From the NCBI GenBank assembly GCA_964106915.2, contig OZ066920.1: a stretch of 64,000 bases of DNA. One strand, given 5' to 3'. Every line of letters begins with the position of its first letter. Positions within the stretch are counted from its first letter, which is position 1. A program made the translations under genes and the position numbers. Of this stretch, positions 21,901 to 34,950 are shown piece by piece. Below the pieces are notes generated by a model that did no database searches, had not been told where the DNA came from, and was given only the letters and a program-made list of their open reading frames with translations. The DNA comes from Podarcis gaigeae (Eukaryota).

Positions 21901-23938
21901 CCGAAATCTGACCCTCTGTTACTTTTAGATATATTCAACTGGTGACAAAGAAATCAAATGTAAAAAGACACTTTAGTAGGTATAGCTCAGAGCACAGAGC
22001 CAAGTATGAAGACAAAAAGTAGTCTGTTTTTATTTTAAACAGTATAAAAATGGTTGCATAATTTCTGTATGCTTTTAAACCATCACAGAGAATAGATTTT
22101 TTAAAAAAATTAAAACAACCTGAATTTATGGCCTAATCTGTGGTGCATTACCAGACAGTTCACAAATGCAGAATATTTGAGTGAAAATGCCCTTGGTGTT
22201 CTTCACCCCTCTAAGTCTTCCTCTCTGGATATATTATTGTCCTTTAACACTAGGTATTTTCTGGACTAGTAAAGATACAAGTGAGAATCAAGAGGAGGGC
22301 AGCCTCAGAGTCTTGCAGGCATTTGGTGTCTCCTTGATTTAATATCCTATATAACGTAATTGCCACCATTTCACTCATGTAAGTTCACACAGCACACACA
22401 AGTCCCCAATGACATCTTTTTATTAAAATGGATCAGACCTTGAATTCTTCCCGGTATTGCTGTGATCTATCACGTTTCTTTGTGTGCAACTGTCTTTTGT
22501 CACTCGGGAGCTCTGTTCACGAGATTACAAATGCTATAGAGGCTGGGGGCTGGGGAGAGGAGGAGGAGGAGGAGGGGAAGAGGAAGGGACGGGCGTCAGC
22601 CCCTTTGTGAATCACACAGATATAAAAGCTGAGTGCTGAGCTTGAGCTTTGCTTCTTATTGGCGATGGGTGTGAGGGGGGGAGGGGAAAGAGAAAAGATA
22701 ACGCTGAGAATCTTGGAAGGCTTGACAGCCCACTCAGCTTCACAATCATTTATGATAGTACCCCTCTCTCTATGTTGCAATGAAAAAAATCTGTGTGCGT
22801 GCGCACACACATACACTCATGCACAACAAAGACACATACCACCCTATGCATGTCCCCTGGAGCTCCCTGAGAATGTTTATGTCAGTGGCAAAAATCTTAT
22901 TTTGACATTTTAACACAATGGAACTGAGAAGTATTGCTTCGAGCAACCTGTGCCCTGCCTCTTCCCCCTTCCCTGTCTTAGAAATTCAGATAGCTGAAGT
23001 GGCTGGTATGGCGAAGAATATTTGCCTGCTTATTCTCTTTAATTCCATACAGGGGGAAAATTGCAAAGGGGTGGGAAGAAACCTTTTTAGAGATGCCAGC
23101 TGGGATTTTGAGTAATAATGGGCATTAACCTAATTCTTCTCCTTCGGCAGTCAATGTTAATTTATGTAAACTGCTCTGAGAGGCTTTGGCTTGAAGAGCT
23201 GTGGAGAAATAACTCAAACAAATGCATAATGTTTTTAATTTTTTTTTTAAGGAGGAATGGAATCAGCCGCTGGCCATAGTGTGCTTGAAAATGCACTATG
23301 GAAGCCAGGAAACCATCCTAAAAACCTATTATATATATATATTAATTAATTAATTATATCATTGGGTTACCTGATATATCTAATGTTTCTGTGCATCAGA
23401 CTCTGAAGGGTTTGAACTAGAATTTCAGTCCTGGTTCCCTGTACTTAATAGCCTGTAATCTTCCTGGCCTGGAATGTCAGGTGGCACAAGGGAGCCAATG
23501 TAGTGTCACTCTCCAATCTGGGCAACCTATCATTGATGGAGGCCACTAGATCTTCCCACGGTGCTCTTGGCCTTCAGGAATCCAGCCCATCTGTCATCCA
23601 AGGTGCTAACTCAAGTCTGAGGTTATGGCACTGTGTGAAAAGCCTAGCAACAAGATACAATTCTCAGAATGGTGTGACAACTAAACTCATCTTCCCAATG
23701 ATTGTGAAGGGAATAGGAGTCTCCTAGCAAATCTCAGCACCCTTAACAACCGCAACTCCCTGGATACTTTGGGGGACGGTAGCATGACACTGCTTTAAAT
23801 GTACAGTGCAGCTGAGGCCTGATACAGAAGCAGGAAACAAAAGTCCACAATGGGGTTGAGAGAATCACAGATCTTGAGGACTCCAAGGATTCCTATAGCC
23901 TGGTGTCCAAAAAATTCAGCCTTCAATCGCAGCTATGT

Positions 23939-24236
23939 GGTGCCAGTGTGGTGTAGTGGTTTAGAGCAGTAGACTCATAATCTGGTGAACCGGGTTCACG
24001 TCTCCGCTCCTCCACATGCAGCTGCTGGATGACCTTGGGCTAGTCACACTTCTCTGAAGTCTCTCAGCCCCACTCACCTCACAGAGTGTTTGTTGTGGGG
24101 GAGGAAGGGAAAGGAGAATGTCAGCCGCTTTGAGACTCCTTAAAGGGAGTGAAAGGCGGGATATCAAATCCAAACTCCTCCTCCTCCTCCTCCTCCTCCT
24201 CCTCCTCCTCCTCCTCCTCCTCCTCCTCTTCTTCTT
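23939..24236 (+). mobile_element. Squam3-type tRNA-derived SINE, full length
   Basis: A box TGGTGTAGTGG, B-box-like GGTTCACGTC, CORE-like body, (CTC)n(CTT)n tail, TSD CTATGT 23933-23938 / 24237-24242. Confidence 0.85.
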
Positions 24237-24494
24237 CTATGTTCATCTTGTTTTTATTATTGCTTGTAAGCCGCTCTGAGCCCGGCCTTGGCTGGGGAGG
24301 GCGGGGTATAAATAAAAAAATTATTAATTATTATTATTTTGTTTTCACCAGGGCTAACAGAAACCAAACAGAAGCTTGTCGTGGCAAATAGCTCAGGGGC
24401 ATAAATAGCCATTGACATACAGCCAGTGTTCTTGCCCCTCTCAGTTCCAACGAGGACAAGCCATGTGCTGTCCATGAGACCAGCTAGTCTACAT

Positions 24495-24744
24495 CAGGGG
24501 TCAGCAACCTTTTTCAGCCGTTGTCCAGTCTGCCGTCCGTCAGACCATATGGTGGGTGGGACTATATTTTGGAAAAAGAAATGAACGAATTCCTATGCCC
24601 CACAAATAACCCAGAGATGCATTTTAAATAAAAGCACACATTTTACTCATGTAAAAACATGCTGATTCCCGGACCATCCACAAGTCAGATTGAGAAGGTG
24701 ATTGGGCCGCATCCGGCCCCCGGGCCTTAGGTTGCCTATCCCTT
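24495..24744. mobile_element. hAT (Charlie-like) MITE
   Basis: TIR CAGGGGTCAGCAACC / GGTTGCCTATCCCTT; 8-bp TSD GTCTACAT 24487-24494 / 24745-24752. Confidence 0.88.
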
Positions 24745-26249
24745 GTCTACATCCGCATTTGCATCCTGTGTACCATTTCAACGTATCACCACAGAGCAAA
24801 GCTAAAGGAGCCATGTACAGTAGCTCCAGGGCATATGCAGAGTGCCAGCTGTTCCAAGAACCTCAGTAGCATTGGATTCCAAGATTTCTGTTACCATAAT
24901 GGGAAGAGCTGAGGGGCTCGGGTATCTGCATCATGGCAATAGGGCTGGCCTGACGCAGGGCTCTCCATTTATACAGGGGGCTTGTGCCCCAGAGTTTTTT
25001 GTTGTGTTATGTCCTGACTTGCATGTGGAAGGAAAAGCCTGCCTTTTCAACCAGGTGACCTTTTAGTCCGTTTTCCTAAGATCTATGCTGACTAGCACAG
25101 GCAACATGAGCTCTTCAATAGTGAAGTTGAGAATGGAAAAATAAATTTTAATGCAGTTTCCCTCCCTCATCAGCAAAAATGAAAGCTCAGCTGGAAACCT
25201 CAGAAGCTCAGATGAGAAGATTTTTTATGTTTTGTTTTGTTTTGGCTTTTTTGCAATCTACACATAACATATAGAGAGATACCATTGCCACCCACTCTCT
25301 TTCTTAGTCGGAAAAACAGAATTTATAACCTTTGCTACAAAACAAAAGAAAGCGAAACAAAACAGCCCTCTTCTAAATGATATGATGAAGCAGATGCACA
25401 ATTCCAGCCAGTTAAAACCTAGAGGGGTTTAATGTGTAAATAATTGAAAAGGTCTGACACTCTTTCTAGGAAGATAGACACTGGCATGTGTGCAAACAAG
25501 CCGATACATCATACACAAGGAGGGAGCATTTCGAATTTTCAACTCAGCAACAAATGTCCCTCAAGCATTTCAGCTCAATCCAACAGAGCTAAGCAGAATT
25601 CATTAGGAAATGGACGGCTGCACTAGGTCTGTGGAGAGAACCCTGTGGAGAGGTTGTTTTTGTATATATAGCATTGAAACGTAAATGTTTGGATGCTATA
25701 GCCATGCATTCTTCAAAATGAAACCTTGGATGATGTTGGCTTGTGTGCTGTTGGGCTCTAATGGATGGTCTCCTAGCAACCCAAGTCTATCAGGCCCATG
25801 ATGACACAGCCTGAAAGGCTCCGTGGGAATGCTTTTCAGGCCAGTAGGGCAAAATGAGATCCATAAACTCCAGCTCCCTCATGACAGAGAACTAGGTCAG
25901 TCAGAGTATGTGGATTAAGGGATGGAGAGCTTGTGGGCCACTAGACACTGCTAGACAGCACCCCCCATAATCCCTGTCATTGGCCAAGCTGCCTGGGATG
26001 GACTGGAGTTGGGAGCCCAATAACACCTAGAAGGGTACAGTCTTCCCATTCCTGAAGACAGCTTCAGTCTTCAATCTTTCTGGATTTGCGACCTGCCTTT
26101 AACTCAAACTAAAAAGTGGGACCTAGTTTTTAATTTTGTATTCCATACACAAATCCAGTCCAAGCCATTTTGCTACCTGAGGCAGAGCAGCCAGTGATGT
26201 TCACTCTCCCAGCAAGTAAAGGGTCATATAAGGTGGTATTCAACTACGT

Positions 26250-26331
26250 TTTGCTCAGAGTAGACACACTGAAATCAATTAACAAGACTAAGTTATGGCT
26301 ATTAACTGCAGTGGGTCTACTCTGAGTAAAA
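26250..26331. mobile_element. Short hairpin MITE
   Basis: ttttgctcagagtagacacactg pairs with cagtgggtctactctgagtaaaa. Confidence 0.7.
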
Positions 26332-26990
26332 TACCCATAGTACCCAAAGCTGCTTGAGTTATTTTGGCATCTGAAGCAGAAGATTCCACAAGTGCCTCAC
26401 CCCTTCCCTGGAAGTAAATACATACTATTAAATAATAATGTTGGTTCATTAATTTGCTGCTCTTTCATGACACTCGGCAATGGTCTGTCTCTACCAAAAT
26501 AGCAGGAAAAGCCTTTTTTGTGGTCATGAGATGACTCTTGGCAGCATGCAACCCTTTTTAGAACATCTCTCTCCTAAAGTTTGAATGACCGAGCAAGATT
26601 ACATAAGATAAGCTGGTCCAACAAGATGTACCTGGTTGCAAGTTGTTAAATGATTTTATATGCTAACAGCAGAATTTTAAACATGGCCCAGTAGCATTTT
26701 GGCAGCCGGTGCACCATGGGATAAAAGCCCCTTATTTCCTTCTTTCAGTTCCCCCCATGCTTCCAGTGGGGGAGTGCTCCAAATAGCTGTTTATTGATTC
26801 AAATTGGAAAAATGAACCTCGCTGCAGTCAATGCAATGGTGGTTTAATGGCTCAGAGCAGAACTACTGAAGCTCAGGGGTCTCTTAATGAGCAAAAGATT
26901 TGCAGCAATTTCCTCATTTTCTGAGCATGATGTGAACAGCAACTGCAGCAGCAAAGACAACAGTCTTTTAACATTATAAGAAAGTCAGTA

Positions 26991-27342
26991 AAGGTAGAGG
27001 GACCCCTGACCATTAGGTCCAGTCGTGACTGACTCCGGGGTTGTGGCACTCATTTCACTTTATTGGCCGAGGGAGCCAGCGTACAACTTCTGGGTCATGT
27101 GGCCAGCATGACTAAGGCACTTCTGGCGATCCAGAGCAGCACACGGAAATGCCGTTTACCTTCCCGCCGGAGCGGTACCTATTTATCTACTTGCACTTTG
27201 ACGTGCTTTAGAACGTGCTTTAGGTTGGCAGGAGCAGGGACCGAGCAACGGGAGCTCACCCCGTCGCGGGGATTCGAACCGCCAACCTTCTGATCGGCAG
27301 GTCCTCGGCTCTGTGGTTTAACCCACAGCGCCACCCGCGTCC
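26991..27342 (-). mobile_element. Sauria (Squam1) SINE, full length
   Basis: Minus-strand tRNA head (A box TGGCGCTGTGG, B box GGTTCGAATCC), ACCT(T/C)T tail, perfect 13-bp TSD AAGAAAGTCAGTA 26978-26990 / 27343-27355. Confidence 0.95.
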
Positions 27343-27355
27343 AAGAAAGTCAGTA

Positions 27356-27497
27356 GCTCAGGTTCAATCTCCAACATCTCTAGGTAGAGCTGGGAAGGGC
27401 TTCCTTCCTGAAAACCCAGAGAGCTGCTCCCAGTCAGGGAAGACAGCACTGTGCTAGATTGACCAATGGTCTGACTTGCTGTGAGGCAGCTTTCCAG
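27356..27497 (+). mobile_element. tRNA-derived L2-tailed SINE fragment
   Basis: caggttcaatctccaacatctctaggtagagctgggaa…gaccaatggtctgact…aggcagctt. Confidence 0.65.
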
Positions 27498-30400
27498 GCT
27501 CCTCTGCTCCCACTAAATTTCCCCCACTTGAAAGCTTTAAAAAAAGAAGAAGGTTGAGACAGTTTCCAAAAAAGGATGGGGGGAGCTAGTCACAATCAAT
27601 ATATTGCTTGTTGCAACTTTAAAAACCATGCATGGAGCAGTGATGAATTACCCAATGCAAGATGTTGATGATGATATCTGGTTGGCAGGCACAGCCAGCA
27701 GCAGGGAGGAAAACTACTACCAGAGATCGCAGCAGTCATTTATGCAAGACCAGTTGCTGGGTCAAAGACAAAGGCAAGTGGCCTGATGCTGGTAGACTTT
27801 TGACATCCAGCACCTGCCCCCTCCCTTTAATTCATTTAGCATTTCTAGGAAAGAGCAATCTGTGAAGAGACATTTATTGAATCTTGTTGCTCTGTTTGAA
27901 GCTACCCAGGTCATGGCTTATATAATCTGGCTGTAATTCCATTATTGGCGACAGAGAAATCAAAAACAAAACCCAAACTGTATTCCATTGAGCCATTTAG
28001 TCATTAGAAACTCTGATGGTTGCCAAATGGAATGCATCTTTTCTTCTTCTTTTTGTATGGCTTTTGCCTAGCTGACTGTTTCTTGCTGCCCAGTAACCCC
28101 TTCCAAACCCTTAATTAGCCTCTCAACCTTTGCCAGGCAACACATGGATAGCACATGGGATTGTGTCAGGGGCATCTTTTGTTACTTTCAAGTACAATCA
28201 TTTCACACACAGAGAAGTCTTTTTACTCATCTGTGCTCTTGGGTAATAAATAAAGATTTTTTTAAGGAGATTGTGTCTACTAACGAAAGATGGCAGAAGT
28301 AAATACCTATCCTATCAATCAATCAATCAAATGGCATGATGGATACCCCTTGAAAATCCTGCAATTGAACTTTCTGTATCTCACGGGACTTTCTGTATCC
28401 CTTAGTACAATCTGATCAAGATGGCCTATAGCTCAGTGACAAAATGCTGAGCATCAGACAAATCTATTTATTTATTTATCAAATTTATATCACACCCTTC
28501 CTTCCAAAAGAGCCAAAGGCAGCAACCCTTCTGTCATGAAAACACTATTAAAATAAATATGTATTTTTAAAAAGCGTTTAAAAATTGCTGAAAACATTTG
28601 GGAAAAAATAAAACACAAAGACATTATCGACAATAAAACTATGCTCTTGTTCCACTGCCAACAGGGATGTAAGAAGATGTTGTTTTCCATTCTGTTCTAT
28701 GTTTGTTGCTTGCAGCACTGTTTTTGTCCCACCGCAGTTCATATTCTACCCCAAACTATATTGTCTCCCTGTCCACTGTGGTGTAATCATGTAATTTACA
28801 TAATTAATTACATGCCTTAGGTAAGTTGTGTAAATTACACTGTCATTATGTTATTCCACCACATTCATTTCAATGCAAATATTGCGGGGGTGGGAATGCA
28901 ATCAATTACATATTGTTTGTGGAATAAAAGCAGCAGCAGCAGCAGCAAACACCGATCCCATTTGCTGGATTTGATTTCCCTTCCAAACATGGAACAAATA
29001 AGTGAATATGAACAATTTCCGCTTTCATTTCCATTTTTGTTAGACGTGACCCCCGTGATTGTTGGAGGCAGTATGCCTCTCCATGCCAACTGCTGAGAAC
29101 CACAAGTAGAAGCAAGCACTGTGGGTCTCATGCCTTGCTTTTGAGCTTCCCATTGCCACCAGGCTGGGCATGGTAAGAACAGGATGTTGGACTAGATGAG
29201 CCTTTGACCTGATCTAGCAGTGATCTTTGTATGTTCATAAGTCAAGCTTTGCATGCAAAAGATTCCAAATTTAATCCCTGGCATCTTCAACGAAGGCTAG
29301 AGAACCCTGTCTGAAACCCTCAACACCATCTACTTGCCCATCACTGGAGAGAATAATGGATTCATGGCCTGACTCTGTATAAAGGCATATCCCTGCATAA
29401 CCCCCAGTGAAATGAATGGGAGCAGCAGATGGCCATGGTAGGTTCAGTAAACACCCAGAGAAATTTGCATGCTGTCTCTCACAAGCCTTATTGAAATGCA
29501 TGAGACCAGCAAAGAGCCCTACCTTGTTCCTGCATAGCTCCCATGCATTTTTAGGGCTTGTTTGGGAGCCTTGTGGGGAGGTGAGACCTCCTGTGAGCAA
29601 ATATTGGCTTTTGCTTGCAGGCAGGTGGTTTAAATAAAGTACCACCTGTCATCTTTCCCTACTCAGTAAGCACATGGAAGGATGAGTTAAAAGTTAACCA
29701 TTAGCTAAGTTTAAATACTTGCTAATGAGGAGTGGTGAGTGATGTCCTGGGCTGAGGAGATTATTGTGGTGCCAGTAAAGCAGGTGTTTTCAGCTAATCA
29801 TCAATATCTGATAGTTGCTTTATGAAGTCATCTATCAAAATTATGAAATGATTGGCCTCAACTGCCCAGCTGTGCTTGGGCTGCAGCAGTAACAGCAGCA
29901 GCAAAATGTGTTGCTCCATTGCAGATGCCATGCTCAGCGGCTGAAATGGAGACAACATTTTTAGTGAAAGCGTTTAGAGGCATATAGGAGCAAGCACATG
30001 ACTAGCTAAAATGCACCAAAGCGGGAGAGGACGTCAAACTTTCCTAGTTAGAAAATCAAATAAGCAAGCACACTATTATCACCCCAGACACCTGGTACTG
30101 CTGAAAGACAAGTGTGTTGCTAAAGGCCGGTGACTTTTAGCAATGCATTTAGTCCAGCTAGTGGTGAGTGGGTGGAAACCACTTAGGGCATGAATTACAG
30201 ATGAAAGTCAGGTTTTGGTTTGCCCATAGATGTCAAGAAAATTATTAGAGCTGTGAGTAGCCTTCTGCTCCTACCTTAAAACACGAGGTGGGAGGAGGTG
30301 GGGGAAGCAGGCTGGCTTGGCTTGGTCCACTTCAAAGATCTGGGAATCTCTGAGGGTCTTTGCCACTTCTCATTTATTCTCACCCTTTCCATCCAGAATG

Positions 30401-33079
30401 AATGAATATTTCCGCATCTATTTGCAGTGACTGGGGAATGTAGTAAAGGGAGACTGATACTGAACAATGCAAGCATCATTCCAAACCCTGCAGCGAAAGT
30501 AAATAATCTCTAGGACCGTAGCAAAAAGTCCCTAAATATAAAGCCCACAAATCAAATACATGCCCTAAGAAAAAGCAGGCATTAGCAAAGGATAAGTCCA
30601 CAACCAGTCATCGCTCTATGAACAGAAACCTCTTGGTAGGTCTAAGGTCATGGCCACAAGGCCTATAATTGAGCTCCAAGGAAAAACAAAAATCAACTCT
30701 TCTGGGGAAATGCAAAATGAGATACTGCTGTGTCAGCGTAGTTTTTATGTATTGCAAATGAAGGAGATTGAGCACCCTGTGATTCCCCCTCCTCAGAAAT
30801 AGGTTATTCTTATGCTTTTATTTTAAATGTTTTAAGGCTGCATTTAATAACAGAAGCCCCCTGAAGGCAGCTTACAGGATAAAAGCATAGAGCAAAATAC
30901 AGGTGATGCATAATAATAAAGACAGCCGTATGCAATAAAACAACTGTCAGACCAAAACATTAAAATGCAGTAACAAAGTTCACGAAACAAGTAGAAACTG
31001 CCCAGGGATTAAAGTGTAACAGGTTGCAAAACCTTGATTGTGTTCTCCATTGGAGGATCTGCTGCTGAATTAGCACCAAAAAGGAGAATTTTGTCAGTTG
31101 AATTTTGCAGAGTGATTCACCGTTGCTTTAAAAAGTGTTTGGGAGTAAATGTTGAGAGTTGATTTTTGAAAGGCAAAAAGGTGTATGAGGAATTGTGCCC
31201 TTCCTGATTCCTATATGAATGCTAACTTGAGCATACTTACCTTGAACATGGTAGAACATGTATCCTGTGAGCAAAATGCCAACAAGATGTGAGGGCAAAG
31301 GATGCTTTGTGGCATGCCATTTGCTATCACGATATGAGTTTAGGATCCTTTCCTACAGAGTCACAACATGAAAACCATATGTTTCAGAAGTGGAAATAAT
31401 CATCCCTATGGATTTAGCAGGATAATAATTCCTGGATAAGGTAGTAGAATCATGTTGTCTTCTGCAAAGATGATTCTCCCATCTATCACTCAGATGGCCA
31501 TTTCGGATGTAACATTATTTCTCTTGACTGGAATCCATGAAGAAGCACTCACAAGGAAGACAACTTTGTATCAGACCTTCTGCCTTCTGGGAATTTTAAT
31601 TTCATGAAACTATTTTATTGCTTGTTGAAATGGAGAAAATGTTACCTTCAGCCAGCTTGAGTAACTAGGTTGAAAAATGTGAATATATGTTCCATGGCAA
31701 CATATATTTTTCACAAAACCTGCAGTTACTGGAAACTATACTGCTATTCACCTGAAATATGATGGCCTACAAGAAAATGCATCACCAAGACTGATGGATC
31801 ATGGTTCAGCTGATAGTCACCCCATACATTACTAATGTGTTAGTGTTAAGAACTTGGCTTGTGGTGATCTCACCTAAATTATAACTGGCCAGCTCCTAAG
31901 TGGGGGGAAATGGTCCTCATATATGAAAATCAGTAGATCTAAGATGATTTTTTGATGAAGACTGGTCTGATGGTAGCTTGATTTTGAGTACATATCAGTT
32001 TGTCTGCATTGAGTTTTGATTATACCGGTTTTAGCAAGACCATAATCTCACCAATGGATACATTTGAAAAATGTATTGCTCTCCTGTTACATGGGTAACG
32101 ATGGGAAGCAGCTCTAGTATATTGTGGATGGTAGCGTAGTGGTGCATTAGGGAATAATCATAAAGTCTATTAAAGCCTTGGAACTGCAGTATTCTAAGTA
32201 CACACAAGGGAAAATAAAGATGTTTTATGGGGGATGCTCTGTGAAACTATAATGAGCAAGCATTGAATTACATATACAGTGCTCCAGTACGACCAACATA
32301 ATATTTTGTGGGCTCAGATGTTTTTAAAAAAGCCACAGTTGGTAAAAGCCATTATGGTCTATATACAATACTGTAGGGACCTAGTCATGTTGGGGCTTCT
32401 ACGCTATTGACATTTTCTGAGAACTTCTCAATACAGAGCACGTATTCATCCTACTCCCTTGAAGATTCATCACAGAATGTGGTGCCTGTTCTTACATAAA
32501 GAATGCCAGGGCCAGGTGGGAGCTATGGGTGGCCATACCCAAATATCAAAGAACAGAGTCCTGAGTTAATCTCTGTGTTAATCTGGAGGTTACAGGTCTG
32601 TGAGTTAATCTGGGAGCTATAGTAGTTGGAAGAAGAGGTCTCTGAAGAGATCTCCCCAGTAACTCTCTAAACTAAGTCTCACCTCCCTGGTGTCTGAGCC
32701 ACAGGGATGCCCACAGATATGTGATGGCCCAAGCAAGGAGGAGTCTAGTAGTCTCAGGGTTATAGACAGATGGGAAGGGAAGGCAGGATCAGTACCTTGG
32801 AGAGGGACCTATCTAGGTGTGGGTTTCAGCACCACAAGTTGTTTCAGTAGTGTCCTGAAGAAGATTTTTGTAGGCTTTAAGTATTCTAATGGCCCCAGCG
32901 CCTGAATGTTGCACCAGGCCAGTCACTGTTCATTTTTTCACTATCAGAGGTAGGGCAGGAGGGGTGTGTGAAATGTGCATTGCCTTCAGCTCTTTGAAGG
33001 AAAATGTGACATGCAAACATTACAAATGAAGAAATGAAAAATAAGTCCAGCCCATTAATGCAGCCCTGATTGTATCTGC

Positions 33080-33263
33080 TTAGAACCAGGCAGAGGGCCT
33101 TCTTGGTAGTGGCACCCGCCCTGTGGAACGCCCTCCAACCAGATGTCAAAGAGAAAAATAACTGCCAAACTTTTAGAAGACATCTGAAGGCAGCCCTGTT
33201 TAGGGAAGCTTTAAATGTTTAATAGGTTATTGTATTTTAGTGTTTTGTTGGAAGCTGCCCAGT
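33080..33263 (+). mobile_element. L2 LINE 3' end (runs into a gap)
   Basis: Encodes RTRQRAFLVVAPALWNALQPDVKEKNNCQTFRRHLKAALFREA, the L2 ORF2 C-terminal 'AF..AP.LWN.LP' motif, then 3' UTR. Confidence 0.85.
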
Positions 33264-33391
33264 NNNNNNNNNNNNNNNNNNNNNNNNNNNNNNNNNNNNN
33301 NNNNNNNNNNNNNNNNNNNNNNNNNNNNNNNNNNNNNNNNNNNNNNNNNNNNNNNNNNNNNNNNNNNNNNNNNNNNNNNNNNNNNNNNNNN
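33264..33391. other. Assembly gap (N run)
   Basis: 128 N. Confidence 1.
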
Positions 33392-33918
33392 TCCCATTCT
33401 GACAATGCTGGAAACCTTATCCGTAACTGAGAGGTGCTTTTTGCTTTTTGTTAAGGCAGTGGGTAGCATGTTGAGGGAGGAAGTGAACAGTGAAAACTGA
33501 GGAGGAAGCTGGCGCCTTGTGTCAGCTGCAGTTTTCTCCCCTCTAGTGGAGCAACGATTAATTCATTAAGATAAGCTCAGGCAGGATTTTCCTCTTGTGT
33601 GAATCACTGGAAGGGCAAGAAAGTGGCTCTTCCTTTCATGTTGTTGACATCCAACCAGAAGTGCAGGCCGGTTACCACGGTAGCCATAATCTTGAAGTCT
33701 GCCATCCCGGCATTAAACAGATTGGGCTCGCCTTTGTGTTTAACGGGAGCTGGGTGTGCTGCCAATGTAACTGTGAGGTACAAAGACTAATATTTGGACC
33801 TCTTTGGGATGTGGCGGGATCAATGAGCACGATGCATAGAATGCCGCTGCACCTGCTCTCAGCTCTCAGATTTTAGCTTCTTTTCTGTGGACTGATATCT
33901 CCCCCAGCTTTCTTTCTT

Positions 33919-33951
33919 TGAGGGAGGGAGGGAGGGAGGGAGGGAGGGAGG

Positions 33952-33993
<42 letters not shown>
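33919..33993. repeat. Compound (GGGA)n(GA)n polypurine microsatellite
   Basis: Directly visible. Confidence 0.95.
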
Positions 33994-33998
<5 letters not shown>

Positions 33999-34477
33999 TC
34001 CCCAGGCACCTGTCTTGGCTTTTGGGAAACACTGATAAAGAGAAATGAAAAGACCTCTTTCTGTGTGTATGGAAAAAACAAACAAACCTAACAAAAGATA
34101 CAACAGGCCTTCACTAATTAAACAGGAAAGAGTAGATGTATTACAGGCAGGTGTTTGATTCTCCTTGTGGGTACACTGTCCAGTTTGACTCCCTGTTTAG
34201 GATACAGATGTCTGTGCCTGAAAGTATAAAGCACAATATCTGCAGGATCTAGCCAATATTCTGACCCCATGTAACTCCTCTGAAATTTACAATCTGCGAT
34301 GTAAATCACAATCTGGCTTGCGTCCTTTAACTTTTATTTCTTATTAACTAGCCAGCTAAAAAATAAGGGGCAGTCTGGATTTCCTTGTAGTGGTGCTTGG
34401 TGTTTTCAAACAAAGTACCGTACATTCCCCCTTGCATCATATTTTCCAGTAGTCAGAGAATATGTGTCTGTTTTTTA

Positions 34478-34514
<37 letters not shown>
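34478..34514. repeat. (AAT)n microsatellite
   Basis: Directly visible. Confidence 0.95.
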
Positions 34515-34825
34515 TGGGGGGTGTTCAATCACCCAATCTAAAGTGGAACAGATAGGGAATAATTTGATCCTGTAGCAAGGCTGTCCCGTGTTTTTGCTCA
34601 ATAACTTGAGAGCATTTCACTGATGGATATACCTCCTGCTCCCCCAAAGCTGCATTTAGTTCTGTGGTGGGGAAAAAAAGAGGACCAGAACAACATATAT
34701 TTGCACTTTTCACTCCCTTCCCCACCTGAGAGCTAACAAAGTAAAAAATAAAAAATCCACAAACTGATGTGGAAGAAAATGGTTAAGTGCCCCCTCCCAG
34801 AGCATCATTTTCCTGATCTTCAAAA

Positions 34826-34950
34826 TTCATAGAATCATATAATTGTAAAGTTGGAAGGGAACATGAGGGTCATCTAAACTAAACCCCTGCAATGCAGGAA
34901 TCTTTTTGCCTATTTTGGGTCTTGAACCCTGAGATTAAGAGGCTAATGCT
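34826..34950 (-). mobile_element. tRNA-Lys-like SINE with CR1-type tail
   Basis: catagaatcata…gttggaaggga…cccctgcaatgcaggaatc…cctgagattaagag; reverse match to 52405-52546. Confidence 0.7.

Noticed and set aside
32825-32845. REST/NRSE site
   Set aside because: Only the left half TTCAGCACC is present; the GGACAG half is missing
33211-33500. ORFs spanning N runs (also 36023-36615 and 49410-49771)
   Set aside because: Artefacts of assembly gaps
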